From assembly GCA_963816185.1 (NCBI GenBank), contig CAWFJJ010000029.1, positions 32,001 through 96,000 on the forward strand: a stretch of 64,000 bases of DNA, in the 5' to 3' direction. A model generated the notes under the pieces. It ran no database searches. It saw only the letters and a list, made by a program, of their open reading frames with translations, and was not told the DNA's origin. Shown one piece after another: positions 48,930 through 57,536 of the stretch (the first letter of the stretch is position 1; each line of letters starts with the position of its first letter). The stretch is from Thermoanaerobaculia bacterium (GTDB lineage Bacteria; Acidobacteriota; Thermoanaerobaculia; UBA5066). The translations under genes and the position numbers were made by a program.

Positions 48930-49004
48930 CCCGAATGGCCGATGTCAAGGGCGCGCTTCGCGCGCCGCGCAGCGGTCAAGGACCCTTGACATCGGTCATT
49001 CGGG
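48930..49004. repeat. 75-bp Y-shaped inverted-repeat element (MITE/REP-like)
   Basis: 22-bp arms matching at 21 of 22 positions, enclosing two triloop mini-hairpins. Confidence 0.8.
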
Positions 49005-49030
49005 AAATACGTGTGCATTTCCGATCCCAG

Positions 49031-50395
49031 TTACAACACGAAACGCGAGAGGTCGCGGTCCCTGACGAGGCCCTGGAGCGCCCGCTCGACGTAGGGCTTG
49101 TCCACGACGATGCGCGCGCCCGCGGCGTCCGGCCCCGCGAAGGAGATCTCCTCGAGCACGGTCTCGAGGATCGTGTGAAGACGCCGGGCGCCGATGTTCT
49201 CGAGGTTTCGGTTCACCTCGGCCGCGGCCTTCGCGATCTCCCCGAGGCCGTCGTCCGCGAAGACGAGCTCGATGCCGTCGGCCGAGAGCAGCGCGGCCGA
49301 CTGCTTCGGGAGCGCGTGCTCCGGCTCGGTGAGGATGCGCAGAAAGTCCTCGTCCGTGAGCGAGTCGAGCGCGACCCGGATCGGAAAGCGGCCCTGCAGC
49401 TCGGGGATCATGTCCGACGGCTTCGCGACGTGGAAAGCGCCTGCCGCAATGAAGAGGACGTGGTCCGTCTTCACCATCCCGTGCTTCGTCTTCACCGTCG
49501 TTCCCTCGACGAGCGGGAGGAGATCCCGCTGGACGCCTTCTCGCGAGACGTCGGGCCCGCCGCGCGCTCCCTCCTTGCCCGCGATCTTGTCGATCTCGTC
49601 CAGGAAGACGATCCCCGTTTCTTCCGCGCGCCTCACGGCCTCCTCGGGCACGGTCGCCTCGTCGGTCAGCCCGTCGGCCTCGCGCGCCACGAGAAGCGGG
49701 CGAGCGTCGGACACGGGCAGCTTCACCTTCTTCTTCCTCTGCGGGCCGAAGAGATTCGGGAGCATGCTCGGGAGGTCGATCCCCATCTCCTCGATGCCTT
49801 GCGGCGTCATCACGGAGATCTGCGGCGTCCGTTCGTCCGTCACCTCGAGCTCGACCTCGCGCGCCTCGTGCTTGCCGTCCTTGAGGTCGCGGCGGATCCG
49901 GTCCCTTCCGTCCTGCAGGCCTGCGCTCGCTCCCGGATCCGCGCGGCCCGCCGTTGGGGCCGACAAAGCCGTCACGAGGAGGTCCACGAGCCGCTCCTCC
50001 GCCGCGGCGGTCGCGCGGTCCGCGACCCGCGCCCGGCGCTCGTCTTTCACGAGCCGGACCGCCGCCTCGACGAGATCGCGCGCGATGGAGTCGACGTCGC
50101 GGCCGACGTACCCCACCTCCGTGAACTTCGAGGCCTCGACCTTCACGAAGGGCGCGTCCACGAGGCGGGCGAGGCGCCGCGCGATCTCGGTCTTGCCGAC
50201 GCCCGTTGGGCCGATCATGAGGATGTTCTTCGGCATCGTGTCGCGCTGGAGCTCGGGGGTGAGGCGCTGGCGGCGCCAGCGGTCTCGGAGGGCGATCGCG
50301 ACGGCACGCTTCGCCTTTGTCTGCCCGACGACGTGGCGGTCGAGCTCGGCCACGATCTTCCGCGGGGAGAGGTCCTTGAGGAGGTGCGGCGTCAC
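49031..50395 (-). CDS. hslU: ATP-dependent protease ATPase subunit HslU
   Basis: [32 protein letters not shown] and NIGARRL motifs. Confidence 0.98.
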   Translation of the reverse strand: MTPHLLKDLSPRKIVAELDRHVVGQTKAKRAVAIALRDRWRRQRLTPELQRDTMPKNILMIGPTGVGKTEIARRLARLVDAPFVKVEASKFTEVGYVGRDVDSIARDLVEAAVRLVKDERRARVADRATAAAEERLVDLLVTALSAPTAGRADPGASAGLQDGRDRIRRDLKDGKHEAREVELEVTDERTPQISVMTPQGIEEMGIDLPSMLPNLFGPQRKKKVKLPVSDARPLLVAREADGLTDEATVPEEAVRRAEETGIVFLDEIDKIAGKEGARGGPDVSREGVQRDLLPLVEGTTVKTKHGMVKTDHVLFIAAGAFHVAKPSDMIPELQGRFPIRVALDSLTDEDFLRILTEPEHALPKQSAALLSADGIELVFADDGLGEIAKAAAEVNRNLENIGARRLHTILETVLEEISFAGPDAAGARIVVDKPYVERALQGLVRDRDLSRFVL

Positions 50396-50934
50396 GGGAG
50401 GGTCTCGACGCGGATCACGTCGTTCGTGTAGATGTCGATCGACGCCGCGATCGAAAGGGACTCCTTCACGATCGCGGCCGCGTCGAGGGCCGAGTGGCGG
50501 AGCAGCGCGCGGGCCGCCGCCGACGCGTACGGGCCGCCGGAGCCCACGGCGATCACGCCTTCGTCCGGCGCGATGACGTCGCCCGTCCCCGAGAGGAGGA
50601 GCGAGATCTTCTCGTCGGCCACGACGAGGAGGGCCTCGAGCTGGCGGAGCGTCTTTTCGGTGCGCCAGTCCGTCGCGAGCTCCACGGCCGCTCGCTCGAG
50701 CTGGCCGTGGAACTCCTCGAGCTTTCGCTCGAACCGCGTGAAGAGGGTCACGGCGTCGGCCGTCGAGCCGGCGAAGCCCGCGAGGACCCTTCCGTTCAAG
50801 AGCCGGCGCACTTTCGAGGCGCCGCTCTTCATGACAGTCGTCCCCATCGTGACCTGGCCGTCCCCGCCGAGCGCGACGATTCCGTCCTTTCTCACGCAGA
50901 GAATGGTCGTGTGCACGAAGCGTGGTCTGCCCAT
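50392..50934 (-). CDS. hslV: ATP-dependent protease peptidase subunit HslV
   Basis: [22 protein letters not shown] and GSGG motifs. Confidence 0.97.
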   Translation of the reverse strand: MGRPRFVHTTILCVRKDGIVALGGDGQVTMGTTVMKSGASKVRRLLNGRVLAGFAGSTADAVTLFTRFERKLEEFHGQLERAAVELATDWRTEKTLRQLEALLVVADEKISLLLSGTGDVIAPDEGVIAVGSGGPYASAAARALLRHSALDAAAIVKESLSIAASIDIYTNDVIRVETLP

Positions 50935-50951
50935 GCCCCGAGTCTAGCCCG

Positions 50952-51884
50952 TCAGTCTCTCTCCTCGGCCTTCGGGTGGCTCTTGCGGTAGACCTCGATG
51001 AGGCGCTCTGCGTCGAGGTGCGTGTAGCGCTGCGTCGTCGAGAGCGAGGCGTGGCCGAGGAGCTCCTGGATGGAGCGGAGGTCCGCGCCGGCGGCGAGGA
51101 GATGCGTCGCGAACGAGTGCCGGAGCGCGTGCGGCGAGGCGTGGCGAGGCACGGCGGCCGCCGCGAGAGCCCGATCGAGGATCCGCCGCACGCTGCGGTC
51201 CGTCAGGCGGCCGGCGCGCGCGTTCAGGAACAGGATCTCGGCGTCCCGCGACGCGGGCGCGAAGGTCGCCCGTTCCTTCAGCCAGGCACGAAGCGCCGCG
51301 GCGGCGGGCTGGCCGAAGGGCACGACGCGCTCCTTGCGCCCTTTCCCGACCGTGCGCACCTGCCGCACGGACAGATCGACGTCCTCGAGACGCAGCCCCA
51401 CGAGCTCGGAGACGCGGAGCCCCGTCGCGTAGAGGAGCTCGAGGAGAGCCCGATCGCGGGCGCCGAGCGCTCCCTCGCGCCCCCTCGCCTCGACGACCGC
51501 TCCGGCTTCGGCGACGGACAGGGTTCGCGGGAGCGTCTTCTCGCGTCGGGGCATCCCGACCGCCTTCGCCGGGTTCTTTGCCATCCGGCCCTCGCGCTTG
51601 AGGAACGCGAAGAACGTCCGGAGCGCCGAGAGATGACGTCCGATCGACGTCTTCGAGATCCCTTCGGATCGCAGGTAGGCGAGATAGGACCGCACCGCGA
51701 GGGGATCCACGTCCCCGGTGTCGAGCGCGGCCTCCGGCCGGTTCCGGAAGACAGCCGAAAGAAACGCCGTGAAGCGCGCGAGATCCGCGCCGTACGCGGA
51801 CCGGGTGTGGGGGGAGACGCGGCGCTCGTCCCTCAAATGGCGGTCGAACGCCGAAATCTCCGAGACGAGGGAGCCGGCCTTTAC
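50952..51884 (-). CDS. xerC: Tyrosine recombinase XerC (start codon uncertain)
   Basis: ERRVSPHT..AY, LYATGLRVSEL, GKGRKER, HALRHSFATH and LLGHASLSTTQRY motifs; position between trmFO and hslV. Confidence 0.92.
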   Translation of the reverse strand, partial: VKAGSLVSEISAFDRHLRDERRVSPHTRSAYGADLARFTAFLSAVFRNRPEAALDTGDVDPLAVRSYLAYLRSEGISKTSIGRHLSALRTFFAFLKREGRMAKNPAKAVGMPRREKTLPRTLSVAEAGAVVEARGREGALGARDRALLELLYATGLRVSELVGLRLEDVDLSVRQVRTVGKGRKERVVPFGQPAAAALRAWLKERATFAPASRDAEILFLNARAGRLTDRSVRRILDRALAAAAVPRHASPHALRHSFATHLLAAGADLRSIQELLGHASLSTTQRYTHLDAERLIEVYRKSHPKAEERD

Positions 51885-52216
51885 GATGACTTCTTCGCCA
51901 GGCTTCGGACCTCGGCCTCGAGCGCTTTGATCTCGGCCTCGGTGAGCTTCTTGCCGAAGGCGGGCATCTTGTCGTGCCCCTTCGTGATCGAGCGAATGAT
52001 CCGGGCGTCGTCGATCGTATCCTGCCACTTCGCGTTCGTCAGGTCCCGGGCTTTCTTCTTCCTGCCTTCCTCCGTCTGGCCTCTGCCGTCGTCTCCGTGG
52101 CACACGGAGCAATGCGTCTGGAAGTTGTCTGAGCGGGCGCTTTCGCCGCGAATCGGCACGGCCGCTCCTGCGAGGAGGAGAGCGCCGGCCGGGAGGACGA
52201 AGAGACGTTTTGTCAC
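51881..52216 (-). CDS. Monohaem cytochrome c (c6/c553-like)
   Basis: AAGGAG RBS, signal peptide, CSVCH and KMPAF. Confidence 0.9.
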   Translation of the reverse strand: MTKRLFVLPAGALLLAGAAVPIRGESARSDNFQTHCSVCHGDDGRGQTEEGRKKKARDLTNAKWQDTIDDARIIRSITKGHDKMPAFGKKLTEAEIKALEAEVRSLAKKSS

Positions 52217-52258
52217 GCGAATCTCCTTTGAGGACGATTCTAGAGGGCCGTCGCCTCC

Positions 52259-53617
52259 CTAGGGTGTGAGGGCGGGCACGGGCAGCGCCTCTTCTCGCCA
52301 GCGTAAAACCGCAGCGAGGGCCCGCCGGCCGGTTTCCTCGCGGCGCCTGGCCCTGTCCTGCGTCAAAGGAACCGCCGTCACCTCGTCGCTCTCGATGAGA
52401 CCGAACGTGACGTTCATGGGTGTGTACGGCTGCTCGCGCGGGGCGGACACGTGCTTGGCGAGCGAGCCGAGCGCGGTCGAGAACGGCAGCGCCTTGGGTT
52501 CGTGGCCCTCGAGGAGCTGCGCGAGCGTCGCGCCGACCATGAGGCCCGTGGCGGCCGATTCCAGATAACCCTCGACGCCCGTGAGCTGTCCGGCGAAGAA
52601 GACCCGGGAGTCCTTTTTCCAGCGGAACAGGGCGTCGAGATGCGCCGGCCCGTTGAGGTAGGTGTTGCGGTGGAGCATTCCGAAGCGCACGAACTCGGCC
52701 TTCTCCAGCCCCGGCAGCATCCGGAAGATGCGCTTCTGCTCGCCGACCCGGAGCTTCGTCTGGAACCCGACGAGGTTGAAGTGCTCGCGCGCGAGGTCGT
52801 CCTGGCGGAGCTGCACGGCGGCGTACGGCTCCTTGCCCGTGCGAGGATCTCTCAGGCCGAACGGCTTCATCGGGCCGTGCCTCAGCGTCTCGACCCCGCG
52901 CTCGGCCATGGCCTCGATCGGAAGGCACCCCTCGAAGTAGACAGCCTTCTCGAAGTCGTGGAACGGCACCTTCTCGCCGGCGAGGAGCTCGTTCACGAAG
53001 GCCTCGTACTCGGACTTCGAAAGCGGCACGTTCAGATAGTCGTCGCCCCCGCCCTTGCCCCAGCGCGAGAGCGCGTAGAGCTTCGAGAGGTCGAGCGACG
53101 CGCGCTCCACGATCGGCGCCATCGCGTCGTAGAAGTACAGATACCGGTCTCCGAGCGCGAGAAGCAGCGATCTTTCGAGCGTCGGCGACGTGAGGGGGCC
53201 CGTCGCCACGACGACGAAGCCCGTTCCGGCATCCGGGAGGGATTCCGCTTCCTCGCGCACGAGGTCGAGGAGCGGCTCGGATCCGAGGCGCCGCGTGACG
53301 GCCTCGGCGAAGACCGCGCGGTCCACGGCGAGGGCGTCGCCCGCCGGCACGGCCGCCTTGCGAGCCTCCTCGAGAATGAGCGAGCCGATCGATTCCATCT
53401 CGCGCTTCAGGAGCCCCACGGCGTTCAAAGGGTTGTCCGACCGGAAGGAGTTCGAGCACACCATCTCGGCCAGGCGGTCCGTCGCGTGCGCGTCGGTCGT
53501 CCGGACAGGCCGCATCTCGACGAGGCGTACGCGGTGGCCGCGGCGAAGGAGCTGGTGGGCGCACTCCACCCCGGCGAACCCTCCGCCGATCACCGTGACG
53601 CGGGGAGCCTCTCCCAT
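52259..53617 (-). CDS. trmFO: Folate/FAD-dependent tRNA m5U54 methyltransferase TrmFO
   Basis: VIGGGFAG, EMRP, VCSNSF, FEGCLPIE, VGFQT and AGQLTGVEGY motifs. Confidence 0.97.
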   Translation of the reverse strand: MGEAPRVTVIGGGFAGVECAHQLLRRGHRVRLVEMRPVRTTDAHATDRLAEMVCSNSFRSDNPLNAVGLLKREMESIGSLILEEARKAAVPAGDALAVDRAVFAEAVTRRLGSEPLLDLVREEAESLPDAGTGFVVVATGPLTSPTLERSLLLALGDRYLYFYDAMAPIVERASLDLSKLYALSRWGKGGGDDYLNVPLSKSEYEAFVNELLAGEKVPFHDFEKAVYFEGCLPIEAMAERGVETLRHGPMKPFGLRDPRTGKEPYAAVQLRQDDLAREHFNLVGFQTKLRVGEQKRIFRMLPGLEKAEFVRFGMLHRNTYLNGPAHLDALFRWKKDSRVFFAGQLTGVEGYLESAATGLMVGATLAQLLEGHEPKALPFSTALGSLAKHVSAPREQPYTPMNVTFGLIESDEVTAVPLTQDRARRREETGRRALAAVLRWREEALPVPALTP

Positions 53618-53650
53618 CCTCGGGATTCTACGGGCCGTAGACTCGCGGCC

Positions 53651-54355
53651 ATGACCTTCGAAAGCCATCTCTACGACCGCGGCTATTTCGAGGGGCTGCA
53701 CAAGAGCCACTGGTTCACGAACCCGAAGCGCAAGTACGAGGAGCGAAACCGCGACACGCTGAGCGCCGTCAAGCCTGCGATTTCGGACCGCGTTCTCGAG
53801 CTCGGCTCCGCGCGCGGTGACGTCACGTTCTTCCTCGCGCGCCACGCCCGGGCGGTCGTCGGCCTCGACGCGTCCGACGACGCGCTTCAGATGGCCGAGC
53901 GCGCCCGTGCCGTTCAGGGGATTACGAACGTCTCCTTCGTGAAGGGCGACGTCGCCGATCTCTCGATGTTCGAGGATGCTTCGTTCGACGCCATCGCCGC
54001 CATCGACCTCGTCGAGCACGTCGACGATGCGACGCTCGCTGCGATGCTCGGGGAATGCCGACGCGTCCTCACCGCGGGCGGCCGCCTCGGCCTCTACACG
54101 CCCGATCGCGCGCACTACGTCGAGCGCCTCAAGGCGCATGGCGTTCTCCTCCAGCAGTTCCCGCAGCACATCGCGGTTCGAAGGGTCGAGGCATACAGAC
54201 GTTTTCTTCTCGACGCCGGTTTTCGAATCGATCTCGACGCTTACTCCGTCTCGCCCTTTCCGGGAGTGCGGTGGATCGAGGCCGCGCTCGCGCCCCTTCC
54301 GCTCGTCGGGCCGACGTTCCGGTACCGGATCCTCCTGAGGGCCGTGAAGCCGTGA
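53651..54355 (+). CDS. Class I SAM-dependent methyltransferase (paralogue 1)
   Basis: VLELGSARG, GLDAS and FDAI...D.VEHV motifs. Confidence 0.88.
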   Translation: MTFESHLYDRGYFEGLHKSHWFTNPKRKYEERNRDTLSAVKPAISDRVLELGSARGDVTFFLARHARAVVGLDASDDALQMAERARAVQGITNVSFVKGDVADLSMFEDASFDAIAAIDLVEHVDDATLAAMLGECRRVLTAGGRLGLYTPDRAHYVERLKAHGVLLQQFPQHIAVRRVEAYRRFLLDAGFRIDLDAYSVSPFPGVRWIEAALAPLPLVGPTFRYRILLRAVKP

Positions 54356-55068
54356 CCGACGCGCCGGAGAGATTCGCGCCGAATGCCGAGGTCTACGGGC
54401 CCGATTACTACGAGAGGATGTACCGGCCGCACTGGTTCCTGAGGAACCGGCGCAAGTACCAGGAGCGCGACTCGGCGCTTCTCCGAATCGTCCGGCCTTC
54501 CCCGTCGACGCGCGTTCTCGAGGTCGGCTCGGCTCGGGGCGACACGGCGTTCTTCCTGGCGCCGCGCGTCGCGGAGATCGTCGGAATCGACGCGGCGAAA
54601 GTCGCGGTCGCGGCGGCGCGCGCTCGCCTTGCGGCCCTCGCGTTCGAGAACGTCCGCTTCGAGGAGAAAGACGCCCGCGACCTCTCGGCCGTTCCGGGCG
54701 GCCCTTTCGACGTGGTCCTCCTCGCGGACTTCGTCGAGCACGTCCTCGACGACGTCCTCGTCCCGTGCCTCTCGAGCGCGCGGAGAATTCTCCGTCCCGG
54801 CGGCGCCCTTGCGATCTACACGCCGAACGCCGCGCACTGGGCCGAGCGTCTCAAGGCGGTCGTGCCCTTCCTCCAGCAGGAGGATCACATCGCGGTCCGG
54901 ACGGCGGAGCGCGTCGTGACGCTGGTCGAAGCCGCGGGATTCCGGGTGGAGGGCCTCTTCTTTTCCGCGAGCCCGTACCCCCTCCTCGGCGCGGTCGACC
55001 GCGCGTTCCCGATGGTCGGCCTCTGCCGTTTCCGGACCTGCCTGAGGGCGGTAACGTCTCCGGCATGA
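54352..55068 (+). CDS. Class I SAM-dependent methyltransferase (paralogue 2)
   Basis: VLEVGSARG, FDVV..ADFVEHV and LRPGG motifs; GTGA overlap. Confidence 0.88.
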   Translation: MTDAPERFAPNAEVYGPDYYERMYRPHWFLRNRRKYQERDSALLRIVRPSPSTRVLEVGSARGDTAFFLAPRVAEIVGIDAAKVAVAAARARLAALAFENVRFEEKDARDLSAVPGGPFDVVLLADFVEHVLDDVLVPCLSSARRILRPGGALAIYTPNAAHWAERLKAVVPFLQQEDHIAVRTAERVVTLVEAAGFRVEGLFFSASPYPLLGAVDRAFPMVGLCRFRTCLRAVTSPA

Positions 55069-55994
55069 AGATCTCGTTCGTCACCTGCGACGTCTTCACG
55101 GACCGACCCTTCACGGGAAACCAGCTCCTCGTCGTGCCGGACGCCCGCGGCCTGACGGCCGAGAAGATGCAGGCCGTCGCGCGCGAGATCAACTATTCCG
55201 AGTCGACGTTCGTGCTGCCGCCGAGGGATCCCGCGCATGCGTATCTCCAGCGCACCTTCGTGCCGGTGAAGGAGATCCCGTACGCCGGCCATCCGACCGT
55301 CGGGACGGCCGTCGTGATGGCGTCTCTCGGGAAGGTCGCGGCCGGTGCGCCAGACGGCGCTCATCCCATCACGATCGAGGTCGGCTTCGGCCCGCTCGCC
55401 CTCGAGCTCCTCAAGAAGGACGGGTGCGTCTCCCGCGTGAGGATGCAGCAGGGGCGGCCGGAATGGAGGGAGCCCGTGGCGCGCGCCGACGTCAAGGGCC
55501 AGATCGCGGCGGCGCTCGGCGTCCCGTTCGACGCGCTCCACCCGTCGCTCCCGCCGCAGGCCGTCGGGACCGGGAACACGTTCCTGATGGTCCCACTCGC
55601 GTCCGTCGCGGCCGTGTCCACCGCCCTCGCCGACACGCGGATGCTCAACCACATCGAAAGGGAGCTCTCGGTCCTCGGCCTCTTCTTCTTCGCCTTCGAC
55701 GAGGTCGGCGGGAAGGTTCGCCTCCGGGCGCGCATGTTCGCGCCGGGCGCGGGCGTGCCAGAGGACCCGGCGACGGGCTCGGCCGCCGGGCCGGTGGGCG
55801 TCTACCTCGCGCTCCACGGCGCGATGCCGGGCGGGGTGACTGAAGGGCGAGGCCATTTCACGATCGACCAGGGGATCGAGATGGGCCGGCCCTCGGAGCT
55901 CGCCGTGACGGTCCTTCTCGACGGCGGCCGTCCGTCGGCCGTCCGCGTCGAAGGGAGCGCTGTCCTCATGATGCGCGGCGAGCTCGAGGTCTAG
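55065..55994 (+). CDS. PhzF family isomerase/epimerase
   Basis: DVFT..PF.GN, NYSESTF, AGHPT, EDPATGSA and QGIEMGRPS motifs. Confidence 0.93.
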   Translation: MKISFVTCDVFTDRPFTGNQLLVVPDARGLTAEKMQAVAREINYSESTFVLPPRDPAHAYLQRTFVPVKEIPYAGHPTVGTAVVMASLGKVAAGAPDGAHPITIEVGFGPLALELLKKDGCVSRVRMQQGRPEWREPVARADVKGQIAAALGVPFDALHPSLPPQAVGTGNTFLMVPLASVAAVSTALADTRMLNHIERELSVLGLFFFAFDEVGGKVRLRARMFAPGAGVPEDPATGSAAGPVGVYLALHGAMPGGVTEGRGHFTIDQGIEMGRPSELAVTVLLDGGRPSAVRVEGSAVLMMRGELEV

Positions 55995-56070
55995 GCCTTC
56001 CTTGGCGCGGGAAATGCACGGTCCGAAGGAGTAGTCTCAATTCGGGACTTTCCCAAGTAGGAGGGTCGCC

Positions 56071-56592
56071 GTGACAAAGTTCTCCGCGGCTCTGGCTCTT
56101 TCCTCGCTGACTCTCGCCGCCTGCTCCTCGGTCTCGGTCGAGAGCCAGGCCCGCCTGCCGCAGCCCGCACCCGCCTTCGCGCGCACGCTCGTCGTCGTCG
56201 CCCTGCCCGACGCGTCACGCCGCGTCGCCGAGGACACGCTCGTGGCCCGCCTCCCGTCGCTGCACCCTTCGACGTCGTACGCGACCGTCGAGCTGGAACG
56301 CGGCATCACGCTCGGCGCGCTCCGCGAACGGGCGCGTAAGAACGGCTTCGACGGCCTCCTCGTCGTCTGGGTCGACGGAATGACGCTCAAGGACTATCCC
56401 GCGCTTGAGGTCATCCCGAGTTCTACACAAATCGGACTTCGCTTCGCAGCGAGCCTGACGGGCCTCGACGGGGAGCGCGAGATCTGGAAGGGCATCGTTA
56501 CTAACCGGGACTCGTCTCCAATCGTGAAGCACATGCCGGAAACGATGTCGGCTCTCGCGGACCGGCTGCGGATGGACGGCGTCGCGGACTGA
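56071..56592 (+). CDS. Hypothetical lipoprotein
   Basis: AGGAGG RBS; lipobox LAAC. Confidence 0.72.
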   Translation: MTKFSAALALSSLTLAACSSVSVESQARLPQPAPAFARTLVVVALPDASRRVAEDTLVARLPSLHPSTSYATVELERGITLGALRERARKNGFDGLLVVWVDGMTLKDYPALEVIPSSTQIGLRFAASLTGLDGEREIWKGIVTNRDSSPIVKHMPETMSALADRLRMDGVAD

Positions 56593-56595
56593 AGG

Positions 56596-57474
56596 TCAGC
56601 CGACCTCGGGCTCGATCGACCCCATCCGCCCGGCCTGGAAGTCCTCGAAGGCCTCGGCGATCTCGGCTTTCGTGTTCATGACGAAGGGGCCGTAGCGGGC
56701 GACGGGCTCGTTCAGCGGCTGGCCGCCGATGACGAGAACATCCATCTTCGCGGCCGCCTCGAACACGACGTCTCCCGCGCCCTTTCCGAAGATGACGCAA
56801 TCGCCCGCGCCGCCGCGCGTGCCGTCCTTCCCGAACCGGCCTTCGCCCGCGAGGACGTACGCGAAGACGTTGAAGCCTTCGGGCACCCGCTGGGTCACGC
56901 GGCCGCCTAACTCGAGCGTGAAGTGGAGATAGAGGATCGGCGTCCGCGTCTCGATGACGGCCTCTTGTCCGAGCGCTTCCCCGGCGAGCACCTTCACGCT
57001 CACCCTTCCGTCCGCACTTTTCGCCGACGGAATCCGCGCAGAGGGGATCTCCTGATACCGCGGGCGCAAGCGCTTGTCTTTCTTCGGGAGGTTCACCCAG
57101 AGCTGGAGTCCGTGAATGAGGCCGCCCTTTTTCAGGAACTGAGGGTCCGGCAGCTCGGAGTGGACGACGCCGTCGCCCGCGGTCATCCACTGGACGTCGC
57201 CCGGCGTCAGCGCCCCGGAATGGCCGCGCGAGTCACGGTGGCGCATCGCGCCTGCTAGGAGATACGTGACCGTCTCGAAGCCGCGGTGCGGGTGGTCGGG
57301 CGCGCCGACGGCCTTCCCGGGCGCGTAGCTCGTCGGGCCCATCTCGTCGAGGAGGAGGAACGGGTCGATCGCGGCGAGCGCCGGGGTCGGGAACGGGCGG
57401 CGGACCTGGAAGCCTCCGCCCTCGAGCGTGACGACGCCGGGGACGACGCGGGAAACGCTGCGGGATTCGTTCAT
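56596..57474 (-). CDS. Pirin family protein
   Basis: DPFLLLD, HPHRGFETVTY, WMTAG.G..HSE and QLWVNLP motifs. Confidence 0.96.
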   Translation of the reverse strand: MNESRSVSRVVPGVVTLEGGGFQVRRPFPTPALAAIDPFLLLDEMGPTSYAPGKAVGAPDHPHRGFETVTYLLAGAMRHRDSRGHSGALTPGDVQWMTAGDGVVHSELPDPQFLKKGGLIHGLQLWVNLPKKDKRLRPRYQEIPSARIPSAKSADGRVSVKVLAGEALGQEAVIETRTPILYLHFTLELGGRVTQRVPEGFNVFAYVLAGEGRFGKDGTRGGAGDCVIFGKGAGDVVFEAAAKMDVLVIGGQPLNEPVARYGPFVMNTKAEIAEAFEDFQAGRMGSIEPEVG

Positions 57475-57536
57475 GCGGCGCGAAACGCGTCACGACTTCG
57501 CGTTATTCCAGCGTGCCTTCTTCCGGGAAGAGCGGA

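Noticed and set aside
50952-51884. Integron or phage integrase
   Set aside because: Motifs and the trmFO-hslVU context indicate housekeeping XerC; no cassette array seen.
51885-53564. 870-aa XerC fusion ORF
   Set aside because: The upstream part is an alternative frame over trmFO and the cytochrome gene, an artefact of high GC.
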